DNA from: Octopus sinensis
Taxonomy: Eukaryota
NCBI RefSeq assembly: GCF_006345805.1
Contig: NC_043008.1
Span: forward strand, 36,580,001-36,644,000
DNA: 64,000 nucleotides
Reading direction: 5' to 3'
Notes under the pieces: model-generated
The model's database searches: none
Told to the model about the DNA's origin: nothing
The model's input: the letters and a program-made list of their open reading frames with translations, nothing else
Translations under genes and position numbers: made by a program
In this document: positions 39,850 to 50,499 of the stretch, one piece after another
Layout of the letters: each line of letters starts with the position of its first letter
Numbering within the stretch: the first letter of the stretch is position 1

Positions 39850-40087
39850 GGACGTCACCAACGGTGCAAATACCATGAAATACGTAAACAACGAGAAGAA
39901 AATGGAAAACGGGACAAGTAAACACAGAGAAAAGGCCCTTCTTCAGTTGTCGGCTGCCTATCTACTCCTCATTTCGAGCATTCAACGACAATATGAGTCT
40001 TCAAAGATAGTTGCTCCCATAAATTCTAAAATGAAATTTAGGATTTATGGAGGGTGAAAGTTGGGAACAAAAACATAACAGTTGAGG
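39850..40087 (-). mobile_element. Penelope-like (pLTR-type) repeat, left arm of an inverted pair
   Basis: Reverse complement of 40208-40407; carries the hammerhead core. The Penelope assignment is inferred from the ribozyme motif and the inverted arrangement. Confidence 0.55.
39935..39997 (-). ncRNA. candidate non-circularly permuted hammerhead ribozyme
   Basis: CTCAT-A-TTGTCG-ttgaat-GCTC-GAA-ATGAG-gagtagataggcagc-CGACAA-CTGAAGA-A-GGGC. P3 CTCAT/ATGAG, P1 TTGTCG/CGACAA and P2 GGGC/GCTC are all in exact register with CUGANGA, GAAA and the AUA cleavage triplet. Confidence 0.65.
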
Positions 40088-40207
40088 TCTCTCTTCTATC
40101 TTTTCTCTTTTTTTTAAAAAAAGGATGTTTCTCCCAGCGTTCACTATTTCCCTCTCGTTCTGGTCTAACGAGTCTTCATGTTTGTTTTCGTTCTGTTGCC
40201 TTGTATG

Positions 40208-40407
40208 TCTCCACTGTTATGTTTTTGTTCCTAACTTTCACCCTCCAGATTTTATTTTAGAATTTATGGGAACAACTGTCTTTGAAGATTCATATTGTCG
40301 TTGAATGTTCGAAATAAGTAGTAGATAGACAGCCAACAACTGATGAAGGGTCCTTTCTGTGTGTTTATGTATTTCATGCTATTTGCACCGTTGATGAGGT
40401 CTTGTAC
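40208..40407 (+). mobile_element. Penelope-like repeat, right arm of the inverted pair
   Basis: Inverted homolog of 39850-40087 with an internal deletion. Confidence 0.55.
40289..40351 (+). ncRNA. decayed second copy of the permuted hammerhead
   Basis: TTCAT-A-TTGTCG-ttgaat-GTTC-GAA-ATAAG-...-CAACAA-CTGATGA-A-GGGT; core intact, one mismatch each in P1 and P3, P2 mostly G-U pairs. Confidence 0.5.
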
Positions 40408-40414
40408 CCATATG

Positions 40415-40486
<72 letters not shown>

Positions 40487-41479
40487 TATATATATATTAC
40501 TTATATATACAATTGAACGCGACGCATCCATTTCCAAGTAAGTTTGTACATATATATATATTATTTTATATACTAAAATACTCTTCAAAAACACTTCAAG
40601 CATAGTGTGTGTGTGTATGCGTATGCGCACGCGTTTGTGTGTGTGTGAGAGAGAGAGAGAGAAAGGAAGAAAGAAAGAAAGACAGAAAGGGAAAGAGAGA
40701 ATAAGATAACTAGAGATTATCATCACAAACTTTGCTACAACTTCGTATTTTACCTTTTCCCGCTCCTCTTCATATTTAAATCTTATTTCTTACTCTATTT
40801 TGGTTAGTAGTATGTACCATTGTATTGATATATAGGTTCATTTCAGTAATAAAATTGTGTTGTGGGCAAGAGCCGTGAGTGATTGAAAGTTTGAAGATTT
40901 ATCTTCTGTCATCTGTGCTGTATTGTGTCGCCACAGAAAGAGTATGTGAAACGATGGAAGGAAGTGATGAGAAAGGTGGGTGTGAGTAACCCAGCTTAAT
41001 CATCGAAGAAAGGAAAAATTAGTTGCTGGGCCTTATAGGCTGCCGGTTTCAAAATTTGGAACCTGCATTTTCCCCCTTTTCGTTTTAGTATATGTCATGT
41101 TTTCTATTTTTATTTAAAAAAAAACACACACACACTAAAGTTCTCGTTGTAAAGGCAAAAGTAAGCCAATGATTCGTTTAAAGGCAAAATTAAGCCAAGT
41201 TTTCGTTTATGTCATATTACCACTAAATTTTTAAGTCTCATCGAACTCATACAACATTCTTTGTATTTGTCTGTCTTGTTATGTCCCTATCTATGATGAT
41301 CGCATGATTGTTATAAAGATTTCATCACAACACATAGTCCAGCTCATCTTGTTGCAAAGATGTTATGTTTAAGGTTCCACAATATCTTTCTGAACAGGCT
41401 GCACAGATGCATTTTTTAAATGAAATAATCAAATGTCTGTGTTGCATATAAGATCACTCTCTTAATCAAATCGACTTTA

Positions 41480-41640
41480 CCTGTACAGGTGCATGGTGTG
41501 TCACACGTCAGATTTCAAAGCTGTTGCACAACAATATGAAATGAAGTGTTTTGCTCAAGAACACAATGCACCGCCACATCCGAGAATCGAAACCACAATC
41601 TGACGATCGTAAGTGCAACACCCTAACCACTAGGTCCCGT
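41480..41640 (-). mobile_element. tRNA-derived SINE, family D (CTTGAGCAAAACACTT domain)
   Basis: Minus strand: A-box-like GGACCTAGTGGTTAGG, B-box-like GGTTTCGATTCTC, then TGTGTTCTTGAGCAAAACACTT. Confidence 0.65.
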
Positions 41641-42515
41641 ACTCAAGAATGTACCACGTTACACTGTGAGCCTTCGCAAATATTTCATTAGCTCGTAGAT
41701 GTCCAGTGGATTTCAGCTTTGCTAGTGTAGCGAGAACCCGACTGAGATTTGAAATCTAGTTCTCAAATTTTCTCTGTTTAAAATCAGTAACTTAATATAT
41801 TTTCATAAACAGAAAGGTTTTCCAAACAAAGGAATTAACGACTACGCGAATATAGTTTTATCAATAAGCACTGGCTGGCTCGTAACTGAGGCAACAATTT
41901 CAGAAGTGTGCAAGGTTTTCCGCCAAACGGGTCTAGATCGGATTCAACTATTTAAAAGGCGGGCTAATTCAACTTGTAGCTATTTCAAGATGTGTACTGA
42001 TCGGTTGTTGTTAATCGTATCTTATCTCTCTTATCTTCTCCTCTTATCGTATCTTATCTCTCTTATCTTCTCTTCCTCACGTGTAATCGATTCATATGGC
42101 ACTGTACTACTTTCACAAAATTAATTTATTGGATGTATATCAGTAACTTCAGCGAGGCCAGTATATAAAATATCTGGAAACTCAGACAAATCTTAGTGTG
42201 GCTAGTTTCAAAAATACCTGACATTGAGTCTACTTGACACTGAGGACGTTTAAGAAAGAAGTTAGGATCACAAACTGCACTAAAGCAGAAATACTAATGT
42301 TGAGCATGGGGTTTCAATTTCTAACCTGTCATCGTAGACTGGACCGACTAATGAAAGAGTATTTAGAAATGTGAATAATTAGGATCACAACTAACATTTA
42401 AAGGGATCTCAGCTGTCGTCACTTAAAACATAAAACCAATAACGAGACAAAGAGAAAACCTCAATGTGACCGCTCGACCAACAAGAGAGACAGCAGTCAA
42501 ATCTCTCTCAAATCA

Positions 42516-42652
42516 CTCTTTATTCTTTTACTTGTTTCAGTCGAGCAAATCGACCCCTGGACTTCTGTTTTTGCAAGCCTAGTACTTATTCTATCGGTCT
42601 CTTTTGCCGAACCGCTAAGTTACAGGGACGTAAACACACCAGCATCGGTTGT

Positions 42653-42703
<51 letters not shown>

Positions 42704-42782
42704 CAACGGGCGTCTTTCAGTTTCCGTCTACCAAATCCACTCACAAAGCTTTGGTCGGCCCGAGGCTATAGCAGAAGACACT
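42516..42782 (-). mobile_element. SINE family A, 5'-truncated
   Basis: Family match ending at GAAGACAC. Confidence 0.8.
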
Positions 42783-43003
42783 TTGTAGTGGGCTTGCTTC
42801 ATCAAGGATGACCTAGGCCCGAAAGAGCAACAGCAGCAACAAAACTATTAGTTATAATATTGGTAACTTTCATCTCTAACGCAAATTACTCAGAGGCGCC
42901 ATCTGTATGAAAATCGATAGTTAGATAAGAACATATTAAGTGTAAAGCATCAAAAATCAAATTAGAAATTTTAATGTGGTGAGGAAAAGATAATATTAGA
43001 TCA

Positions 43004-43212
43004 AAAACTGATATTAATTTAAATAATTTCTTCAAGTAGGGGAGACAGCAGTGGAACATATTCCAGCCTTATTTATATCTCCTCAGTAATGTTGAAGCTT
43101 CGCCATACTAATCGAAGTAATGATGAGAGAATCATTAAGCAGACGTACAATATTGTACATGAGTTCATGTGCTAAACTACCATGCGGTAAAAAAATATAA
43201 ACCACTGAAGTT
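43004..43212 (+). repeat. 209-bp direct duplication, copy 1
   Basis: Differs from 43832-44041 by about 4 substitutions and 1 indel. Confidence 0.95.
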
Positions 43213-43831
43213 GGATCTTTTCCTTTTGAACGGAAGTTTTCAACACAATTTCTAGTTAACTAAGCACTTTTAAACTTCGTATACTGGAAGAATGTGTCAA
43301 AATAAGCTAAAATCATTTGCTGCGTCTAAAACTGAGACAACATCTTGTCACTAACCCTAACCCTCACCTTAACCCTAACCCTAAATTTTAGCCTTTCGTT
43401 TTTTTTCTTAATTGTTAAATTAATTTAATTGTTACGCGTGTGTCTAAAATTATTCGTTTTGTTTTTGTTTTGAGTTTTTGCTTTGGTTTTAGCCTATCGA
43501 TTTTTTTCTTTATTGTTATCCTTAAATTAATTTAACAATTAAGAAAAAAAAACCCCGAAAGGTTAAAATTTAGGGTTAGGGTGAGGGTTATGGTTAGTGA
43601 CAAGATATTGTCTGTTTTAGACGCAGCAAATGATTTTATCTAAATAGAGGGCATAGGATTGGTTAAAATTCGAAAAATTAAACTACGTTAAACTTACAAA
43701 TTACAATTTTTTCAAGAAAGCCAAGAGAAAAAAATGTTTTATTTTGACACATTCTATCAGTATAAGAAGTTTAAAAGTGTTTAGTTAACTAGAAATTGTG
43801 TTGAAAACTTCCGTTCAAAAGGAAAAGATCC
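43213..43831. mobile_element. foldback/MITE-like DNA element with GGATC...GATCC termini and internal telomere-like repeats
   Basis: Long inverted arms (43213-43298 with about 43738-43831; 43307-43430 with about 43522-43640); inner arms carry (CCCTAA)-like and (TTAGGG)-like repeats. Confidence 0.85.
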
Positions 43832-44041
43832 AAAACTGATATTAATTTAAATAATTTCTTCAAGTAGGGGAGACAGCAGTGGAACATATTCCAGCCTTAT
43901 TTATATCTCCTCAGTAATGTTGAAGCTTCGCCATACTGACCGAAGTAATGATGAGAGAATCATTAAGCAGACGTACAATATTGTACATGAGTTCATGTGC
44001 TAAACTAACATGTGGTAAAAAAAATATAAACCACTGAAGTT
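43832..44041 (+). repeat. 209-bp direct duplication, copy 2
   Basis: See 43004-43212. Confidence 0.95.
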
Positions 44042-44582
44042 AATTACTTAGAGACATCTCCTACAAGATAATATAAACAAGTCAGTAATGACAAATTCGA
44101 TGCATGCGCCTGTTGCCAGTGCTTCGCGGAGAAAAAGCATCAAAAATAATATATGCAGACAAGAAAAACATCAGCGCGGAGGGCATCCTCATAAAGAAAA
44201 AGACTAAACATTTGTTATCAAGAAGAGGCTATCTGCATAAATTATCTGAAAAGCAATGCACTTTCTCGCCTTGGAACTGTGCAAACATGAATAAATTATC
44301 GAGGACGGTTTGTTAGTGGAATACAGCGAGTGCATTCAAGAACAAGTATTATGGATATCAAAGTATCATTAAATATAAAATGATATACAGAAAATACGTC
44401 ACGAATAACTGGTTGTTATTAACCATAAAAACGAAATAATGAAATAAACTGAATACGTTTTCTGCTTTTCACTCAATCGCCCGAAATGATTGTAGTAATT
44501 TATAAGTAATTTCATATGCGTATCTTTATATATTAGACAAGAAAATTATTATATTCCCAAGACAGAAGATAATCAATGTGTT

Positions 44583-44594
44583 TGTGACGTCACA
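44583..44594. promoter_or_regulatory. full CRE palindrome TGTGACGTCACA upstream of DPH5
   Basis: TGACGTCA at 44585-44592, about 135 bp upstream of the ATG, inside a 12-bp perfect palindrome. Confidence 0.5.
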
Positions 44595-44727
44595 TACAGA
44601 TATACGGATGCACACCCACGCATAAACCTTTGTGAGGAGAGTAGTTTTTAGAGTGATCTCCCTTGACCGACTACTACAAGTTTGTTTATATATTAAGGTT
44701 CGCAACATCGAAAGGAAAAAAAAAAGC

Positions 44728-44862
44728 ATGTTTTATTTCATAGGGCTTGGGTTAGGTGATGCAAAGGATATTACAGTGAAAGGATTAGAAATCGTGAGAG
44801 CAGCAGATCGAGTCTATTTAGAGGCATATACATCGATATTGACTGTTGGCAAAGATGAACTG
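44728..44862 (+). CDS. DPH5: diphthine methyl ester synthase, first coding exon (45 codons)
   Basis: [45 protein letters not shown] closely matches the conserved DPH5 N-terminus; phase-0 donor GTATGG at 44863. Later exons were not found in the window. Confidence 0.93.
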
Positions 44863-46510
44863 GTATGGAAACACGTGCTTTTTTTTTTTTTTTTAAACAA
44901 AATATATCTTAGAATCTTATATATATATATGTATATATATATGTATATATATATACATATATATATATGCATTCTAGCACGATCCTTTTTATTCAAGCGT
45001 CATACCGCGTCACATACTTATTTCGCTGATTTCTGTTCTTTTCTCTCTCGATAGTCAATAACATCTGTCAACATATTTTTAAACAGATCGAAATCTAATT
45101 TTATTATATCATCACATCGCTGCCACCTAACAATTTCTAACTTAATGTAGGTAGTAGCAGATAAAAAAAAAATAATTGTTTGTAGTATTTCATTTACTCA
45201 TTCCGTCAGCAATCTTTAAATGCAGTAGATTTGTAAATATTAAGTGATGCAGTAATATCTTAAATAACGTTTCCGCTTCTTGTTAAAATAATATTGTATG
45301 TCATCAAATATGAGCATTCAAATGTATATCTGAATCAGTGCATACCTGAATCAACAAATAATCGAATTGTTGACATTTGTCGCGTATAATGTCCTTGACA
45401 AACGCAGAGCACCTGTTTACCTTTATAATTATTACGCAGTTTTAACAACTATTTTTTTTTTGTTCGTGTAATTTAACAAATATAATTATCAGAATTCGAC
45501 AAGACTAGCACTCGTTTTGCTGGTCAGCATCAATCCATTAAATGCAACACAAAAACAGGTGTTATGTTTCCTTCGTGTGAAGAGGTGTCATCTAATTAGC
45601 GCTTCTTCATTCTGTGTTGAAGGGTTCAGTCCCGACAACGCAGCGTATTTCTTCACCCGGTACACGAATATATTTCGATACTGCGTTTACGCAACATTAG
45701 CATAAGTTATGAATTTCCCAGTCGTGTTTCCCTAAATTTCGCTTCTGCACTCTTAACAGAAAAGCTCAAACATCGGCGGTGATGGTGTGCATGCATGCAT
45801 GCATGCATGCGTGTGAGTGTTTGTGTGTATGTATATATATATATATATATACTCATACATAACACACGCTCACAAATGCGTGCGCGCACACAAGCGTAAC
45901 TATATTAAAGGAAATAATACGGGGGAAGCCATAGACAAAAGTAAACTATTTCGTTTAAGAAGGAATGCTATGCGACATCATTAAAACCGTCGAAAAATAT
46001 ACAGAAGGTGTATTTTACTAACATGATCCAATCAAAGATTGTGGGGGAGAAAAATGAAAAGATAAGTAAATGTTGTTTTAGCAGCGCCGGTCACACTGGC
46101 ATATTCGCACATACACACACTCGTGCCTGCGTTCGTTTGGGTGTACACAGTCTATGTAGTCGAGTTCATTCATTCGTTCGCTTGCGAGTTTCTCACTTTC
46201 ATACATTCATTCAAGCGACGAAGAGATGCCTCGTCTAATCCAACGCATAAAAATGATAAACTCGGAGTAGTAGTGGATGAAATTATTTGATCTGAACAAA
46301 TAAAAGATGCAGTTTTAAAAATTCTTCATCGATAATATAGAATATTGACTAAAATTTAAAATAATTAAATCTTCTCTCTCTTTCTCTCTCTCCAAAGATA
46401 CATGTGTGTATGTGTGTGTGTATATACACATATATACGATATAAAATTTATACATATATTCAAGTATATATATATATGTATATATATCTATCATTTTATC
46501 TATCTATCTG

Positions 46511-46581
<71 letters not shown>

Positions 46582-46636
46582 CTATATATATATGTATTAT
46601 ATGTGTATATATATATATATGTATATATATGATATG

Positions 46637-46667
<31 letters not shown>

Positions 46668-46707
46668 GATATGTATGTATATATATATCTATATATATAT
46701 ATATATG

Positions 46708-46746
<39 letters not shown>

Positions 46747-46775
46747 GATATGTATATATATATTATATATATATG

Positions 46776-46824
<49 letters not shown>

Positions 46825-46894
46825 ATGCATATATATATATGATGTATGTATGTATGATATATGATGTATATATCTATTATTCAATATATATGTG

Positions 46895-46960
<66 letters not shown>

Positions 46961-47007
46961 CCTCTCTATCTAACTCTCTCTCTCTCCCTCTGTATATATG
47001 TGTGTGT

Positions 47008-47050
<43 letters not shown>

Positions 47051-47599
47051 TCTTTCAGATCACCAATTATTCCCACTTTTCATACTGCGATAGATATTTC
47101 AGTGAATTGGCAAATAAATACAATTGCATAACAAAATATTGATTTTTCGATTGTTGGTTGTCAATATAAAATGGTATATAATACAGTTGTATAAAAAAAC
47201 GCTATCTAGTTTAGAAACGTAAAATACAGTAATTTAAAAATGTAAATGTGGTCTATAATTCTAGAGAAAAAAAAAGTGCCGTATAATTTAGAATGGTAAG
47301 ATAGCGATATATAATTTAGAAATATGAAAATGGAATATAATTTAGAAGTATATATGCCAATCAATAAGATAATAATTTCTTGCTGCATTCAAAATATGTG
47401 ATAATCTATTGACTCTATTTAATATATGTCTCATATTCATTCTACCCACGGACAGAACTTAACTTTAAGACAGAGGGATAAAACTAAATACTATAAGGCA
47501 TTTATGTATTTAGTGTACCATTCTTCCAATTATGCCATGGTACTAAAGACATCATCATCATCGTCGTCATTATTGTTATTGTTGTTGTTGTTATCATCA

Positions 47600-47830
47600 T
47601 CATCATTAACATCATCATCATCATTTCATGTCCACTTTCCCATGCTTGCATGGGTCGGATGGAATTTGTTGTGACATTTTCTACAGCTGGATGCCTTTCC
47701 TGTTGTCTGCCTTCACCTGTTTCCAAGTAAGGTAATATTGTCCATGACCCAAAATGTTTCATGGAACGTTGAGAATAAGGTATATGATTTGCATGGCAGT
47801 AACATTTCTTTACAACTATCACATGAAGTC
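47600..47830 (-). mobile_element. old RTE 3'-end fragment with (GAT)n tail
   Basis: TTTCCATGCTTGCATGGGT and TCTACAGCTGGATGCC are shared with the 3' end at 50520-50645. Confidence 0.65.
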
Positions 47831-47877
47831 AAGGCATGGTGATAGTAACACACTCAAACACACACATGCATATATAA

Positions 47878-48050
47878 TTGAAATTTATAGAAAAACAAAA
47901 GATGAAAACAGGTGTATGAAGAACAAGTGAGTGTATCAATTTGATGCTCAGGGAAATGAAAAAGTCTTTTACGTTTCGAGCCTACACTCTTCAACAGAGA
48001 GGAATAAGAGAAAATAAACAGAGAGAGAATGAAAAAAACTTGTAGATTTC
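47878..48050 (-). mobile_element. Penelope-type short repeat with a minimal hammerhead-like motif (copy 2; motif at 47966-48002)
   Basis: Minus strand CTCT CTGTTGA A GAGT GTAG GCTC GAAACGTA AAAG. Confidence 0.6.
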
Positions 48051-48104
48051 AGCAGTCCATCATGGCAAATGGCAAATATATATATACACATATATATATA
48101 TATA

Positions 48105-48364
48105 TGTACCAAAGTAAGCACAACAATGTGAAACAAGGTGGAAAAAATAGTACTCAAATACTAGTGGTAGAGTAATATGCTTTATTAATAAAGCTGCAAA
48201 GACATCACAAAGACTGTTGCTCAGAGTTTCACATTCCTCTTTGCTGGATAGTTTTGGTTTAAATTCTAAACCAAAACTGTCCGATGAATGGGAATGTGAA
48301 ACCAAAACTGTCTGACGAATGGGAATGTGAAACATTCTGAGAAATAGTTTTCATTATGTCTTTG

Positions 48365-48370
<6 letters not shown>
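48105..48370. mobile_element. Penelope-type repeat with one inverted and two tandem decayed minimal hammerheads
   Basis: AAAACTGT CTGACGA ATG GGAA TGT GAAAC...ATAGTTTT at 48303-48350, a partial copy at 48271-48302 and an inverted copy at 48209-48257. Confidence 0.6.
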
Positions 48371-48401
<31 letters not shown>

Positions 48402-48406
<5 letters not shown>

Positions 48407-48786
48407 GTGTCTGTGTAGTAAGAAGTTTGCTCCCTAACCACATGGTTCTGAGTTCAATCCTACTGCATGGCATGTTGGACAAGTATCTTCTACTCTTGCC
48501 TTGGGCTATATCTATATAATTGTCTAAAGCCTTGTGAGTGGATTTCAAATATATATATATATCTGTGTGTGTTTTTGTGTCAGTGTTTGTCTCCCCCACC
48601 ACTACTTGACAGTCAGTGTTGCTGTGTTTACATCCCCATAATATTAGCTGTTCGGCAAAAGAGACGGATAGAATAAGTACCAGCTTTAAAAATTAGTACT
48701 CATGTTAATCTATTTGACCAAAATTTTTCAAGGTGGTGCCCCAGCATGGCCACAGTCTGATGACTGAACTAGTAACAAACAAAAGA
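48402..48786 (+). mobile_element. SINE family A, diverged
   Basis: Family match with many CpG-type substitutions. Confidence 0.75.
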
Positions 48787-48924
48787 TATAGGTACTTACG
48801 TATATACATACATCTATATATGTATATATATATATATATCATCATCATCATCATCATCATCGTTTAATATATATATATATATATTTATAAATATATACAT
48901 ATACATACATACATGTATATATAT

Positions 48925-49062
48925 ATATCATCATCATTTAGCGTCCGCTTTCCATGCGAGCATGGATTGGACTGTTCAACTGGGGTCTGGGAAGCCAGAA
49001 GGCTGCACCAGGCCCAGTCTGATCTGGCAATGTTTCTACGGCTGGATGCCCTTCCTAATGCC
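48925..49062 (-). mobile_element. RTE 3'-end fragment
   Basis: Co-linear with 50515-50650. Confidence 0.8.
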
Positions 49063-49096
49063 TATATATACATATATATATATATATGTATATGTG

Positions 49097-49131
<35 letters not shown>

Positions 49132-49159
49132 TATATATATATATTTATTTATATATATA

Positions 49160-50403
49160 CAGTGTCCCCCAAAAATGCATACACATTTAAAATAATTGTA
49201 AAGTAGGTGTTTATTAAAATACACTTTATTTTCAAAATTTAATTGAATCTACAGACATTATTTTATTGTTTTGTCGATGCCTGCTTTCAAACTGATGTCC
49301 ATTCTGGTCTAGGCACTGGTGACAATGTGAAGCAATAGAATTGCAAAGATCACAAAACAATTTTTTTGTTTGGTATTTGTGTGCATTCTTATTCAATAGC
49401 TTTATCTCAAATCAGCGATTGTTGCAGGTTTCATAGCATAGACCTTGTCTTTTAGGTATCCCTGTAAAAAAAGTCTAGTAGTGTGAGGTTTGGTGAATGC
49501 AGAGGGTATTCAATGAAACCCCTTCGTCCAATTCACCTGTTGGGCAAGATCTCATCAAGGAAGGATCTAACATTGCGATGATAGTGTAGGGGTGCCTCAT
49601 CTTCAAAGTCTTCTCTAATGCTTGGCATGACAGACTGTTGCAGCAAGTTCAAGTAAACAGGACCAGTCACAGTAGCATCAAAAAAGAATGGTCCCATGAA
49701 TCCTCTTGATGATAAGCCACACCACACTGTAACTCCTGGTAAATTAACATGGTGCTCCACCATAACATGTGGATTTTCAGATCCCCAGTAGGTGCAATTG
49801 TGGCAGTTAATTGAACCATTTAATTTGGATGTGGCTTCATCACTCCACACAATCTTTGTTATAAAGTGTGCATCTTCTACACATCGTACCAAATACTACT
49901 TGCAGTACCATACTCTTTAGTCTGGATCATCATCATTAGTAGCATGGACTAATCTTGGAATGTAACTTTTCCTTTGACAATACTTCAAAATGCTTTGGAC
50001 AGTCGATTTTGAAATACCTACCTCACGACTCGCTTGCCACACAAATTCTCTTGGACTTTGGTGATACATTTCCAGCACTTCTTGCTTTGTGGGGGTTGTC
50101 AATGTTTGTGGTCTTTTAGAACACTGCTCGTGGACATTCTGAACAGTTCCATTAGCTTCAAACTTATCTCTAATTTGAGTGATGGTAAGTTGCATTGGTG
50201 GATCTGTTTAAAACTTCCTCCTTAACTGTCTTTGCACTTCAAATATGTTTTCACACTTCCAGAAGCATTTTAGAATGAAATTCCTTTGTTCAAAGCTTAG
50301 TCTGACTGCCATCATTAATTCCAATGGGTTTAATCTGGAAAAAAAACCCCATCAATTTAGTTATCAGGTACTAAAGTGTGTATACAGTTTTTGGGACACC
50401 CTG
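49160..50403 (-). mobile_element. Tc1/mariner-superfamily transposon with pseudogenised transposase
   Basis: Imperfect TIRs CAGTGTCCCCCAAAAA / TTTTTGGGACACCCTG flanked by TA. Fragments [62 protein letters not shown] and APLHY...VRSFLD. Confidence 0.9.
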
Positions 50404-50473
<70 letters not shown>

Positions 50474-50499
50474 ATAGATATATATATGTGTGTGTATAT

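Noticed and set aside
44632-44727. Upstream in-frame extension of the DPH5 ORF in the track
   Set aside because: It begins at a non-ATG codon, and homology starts at the ATG at 44728. The read-through past 44862 is intronic.
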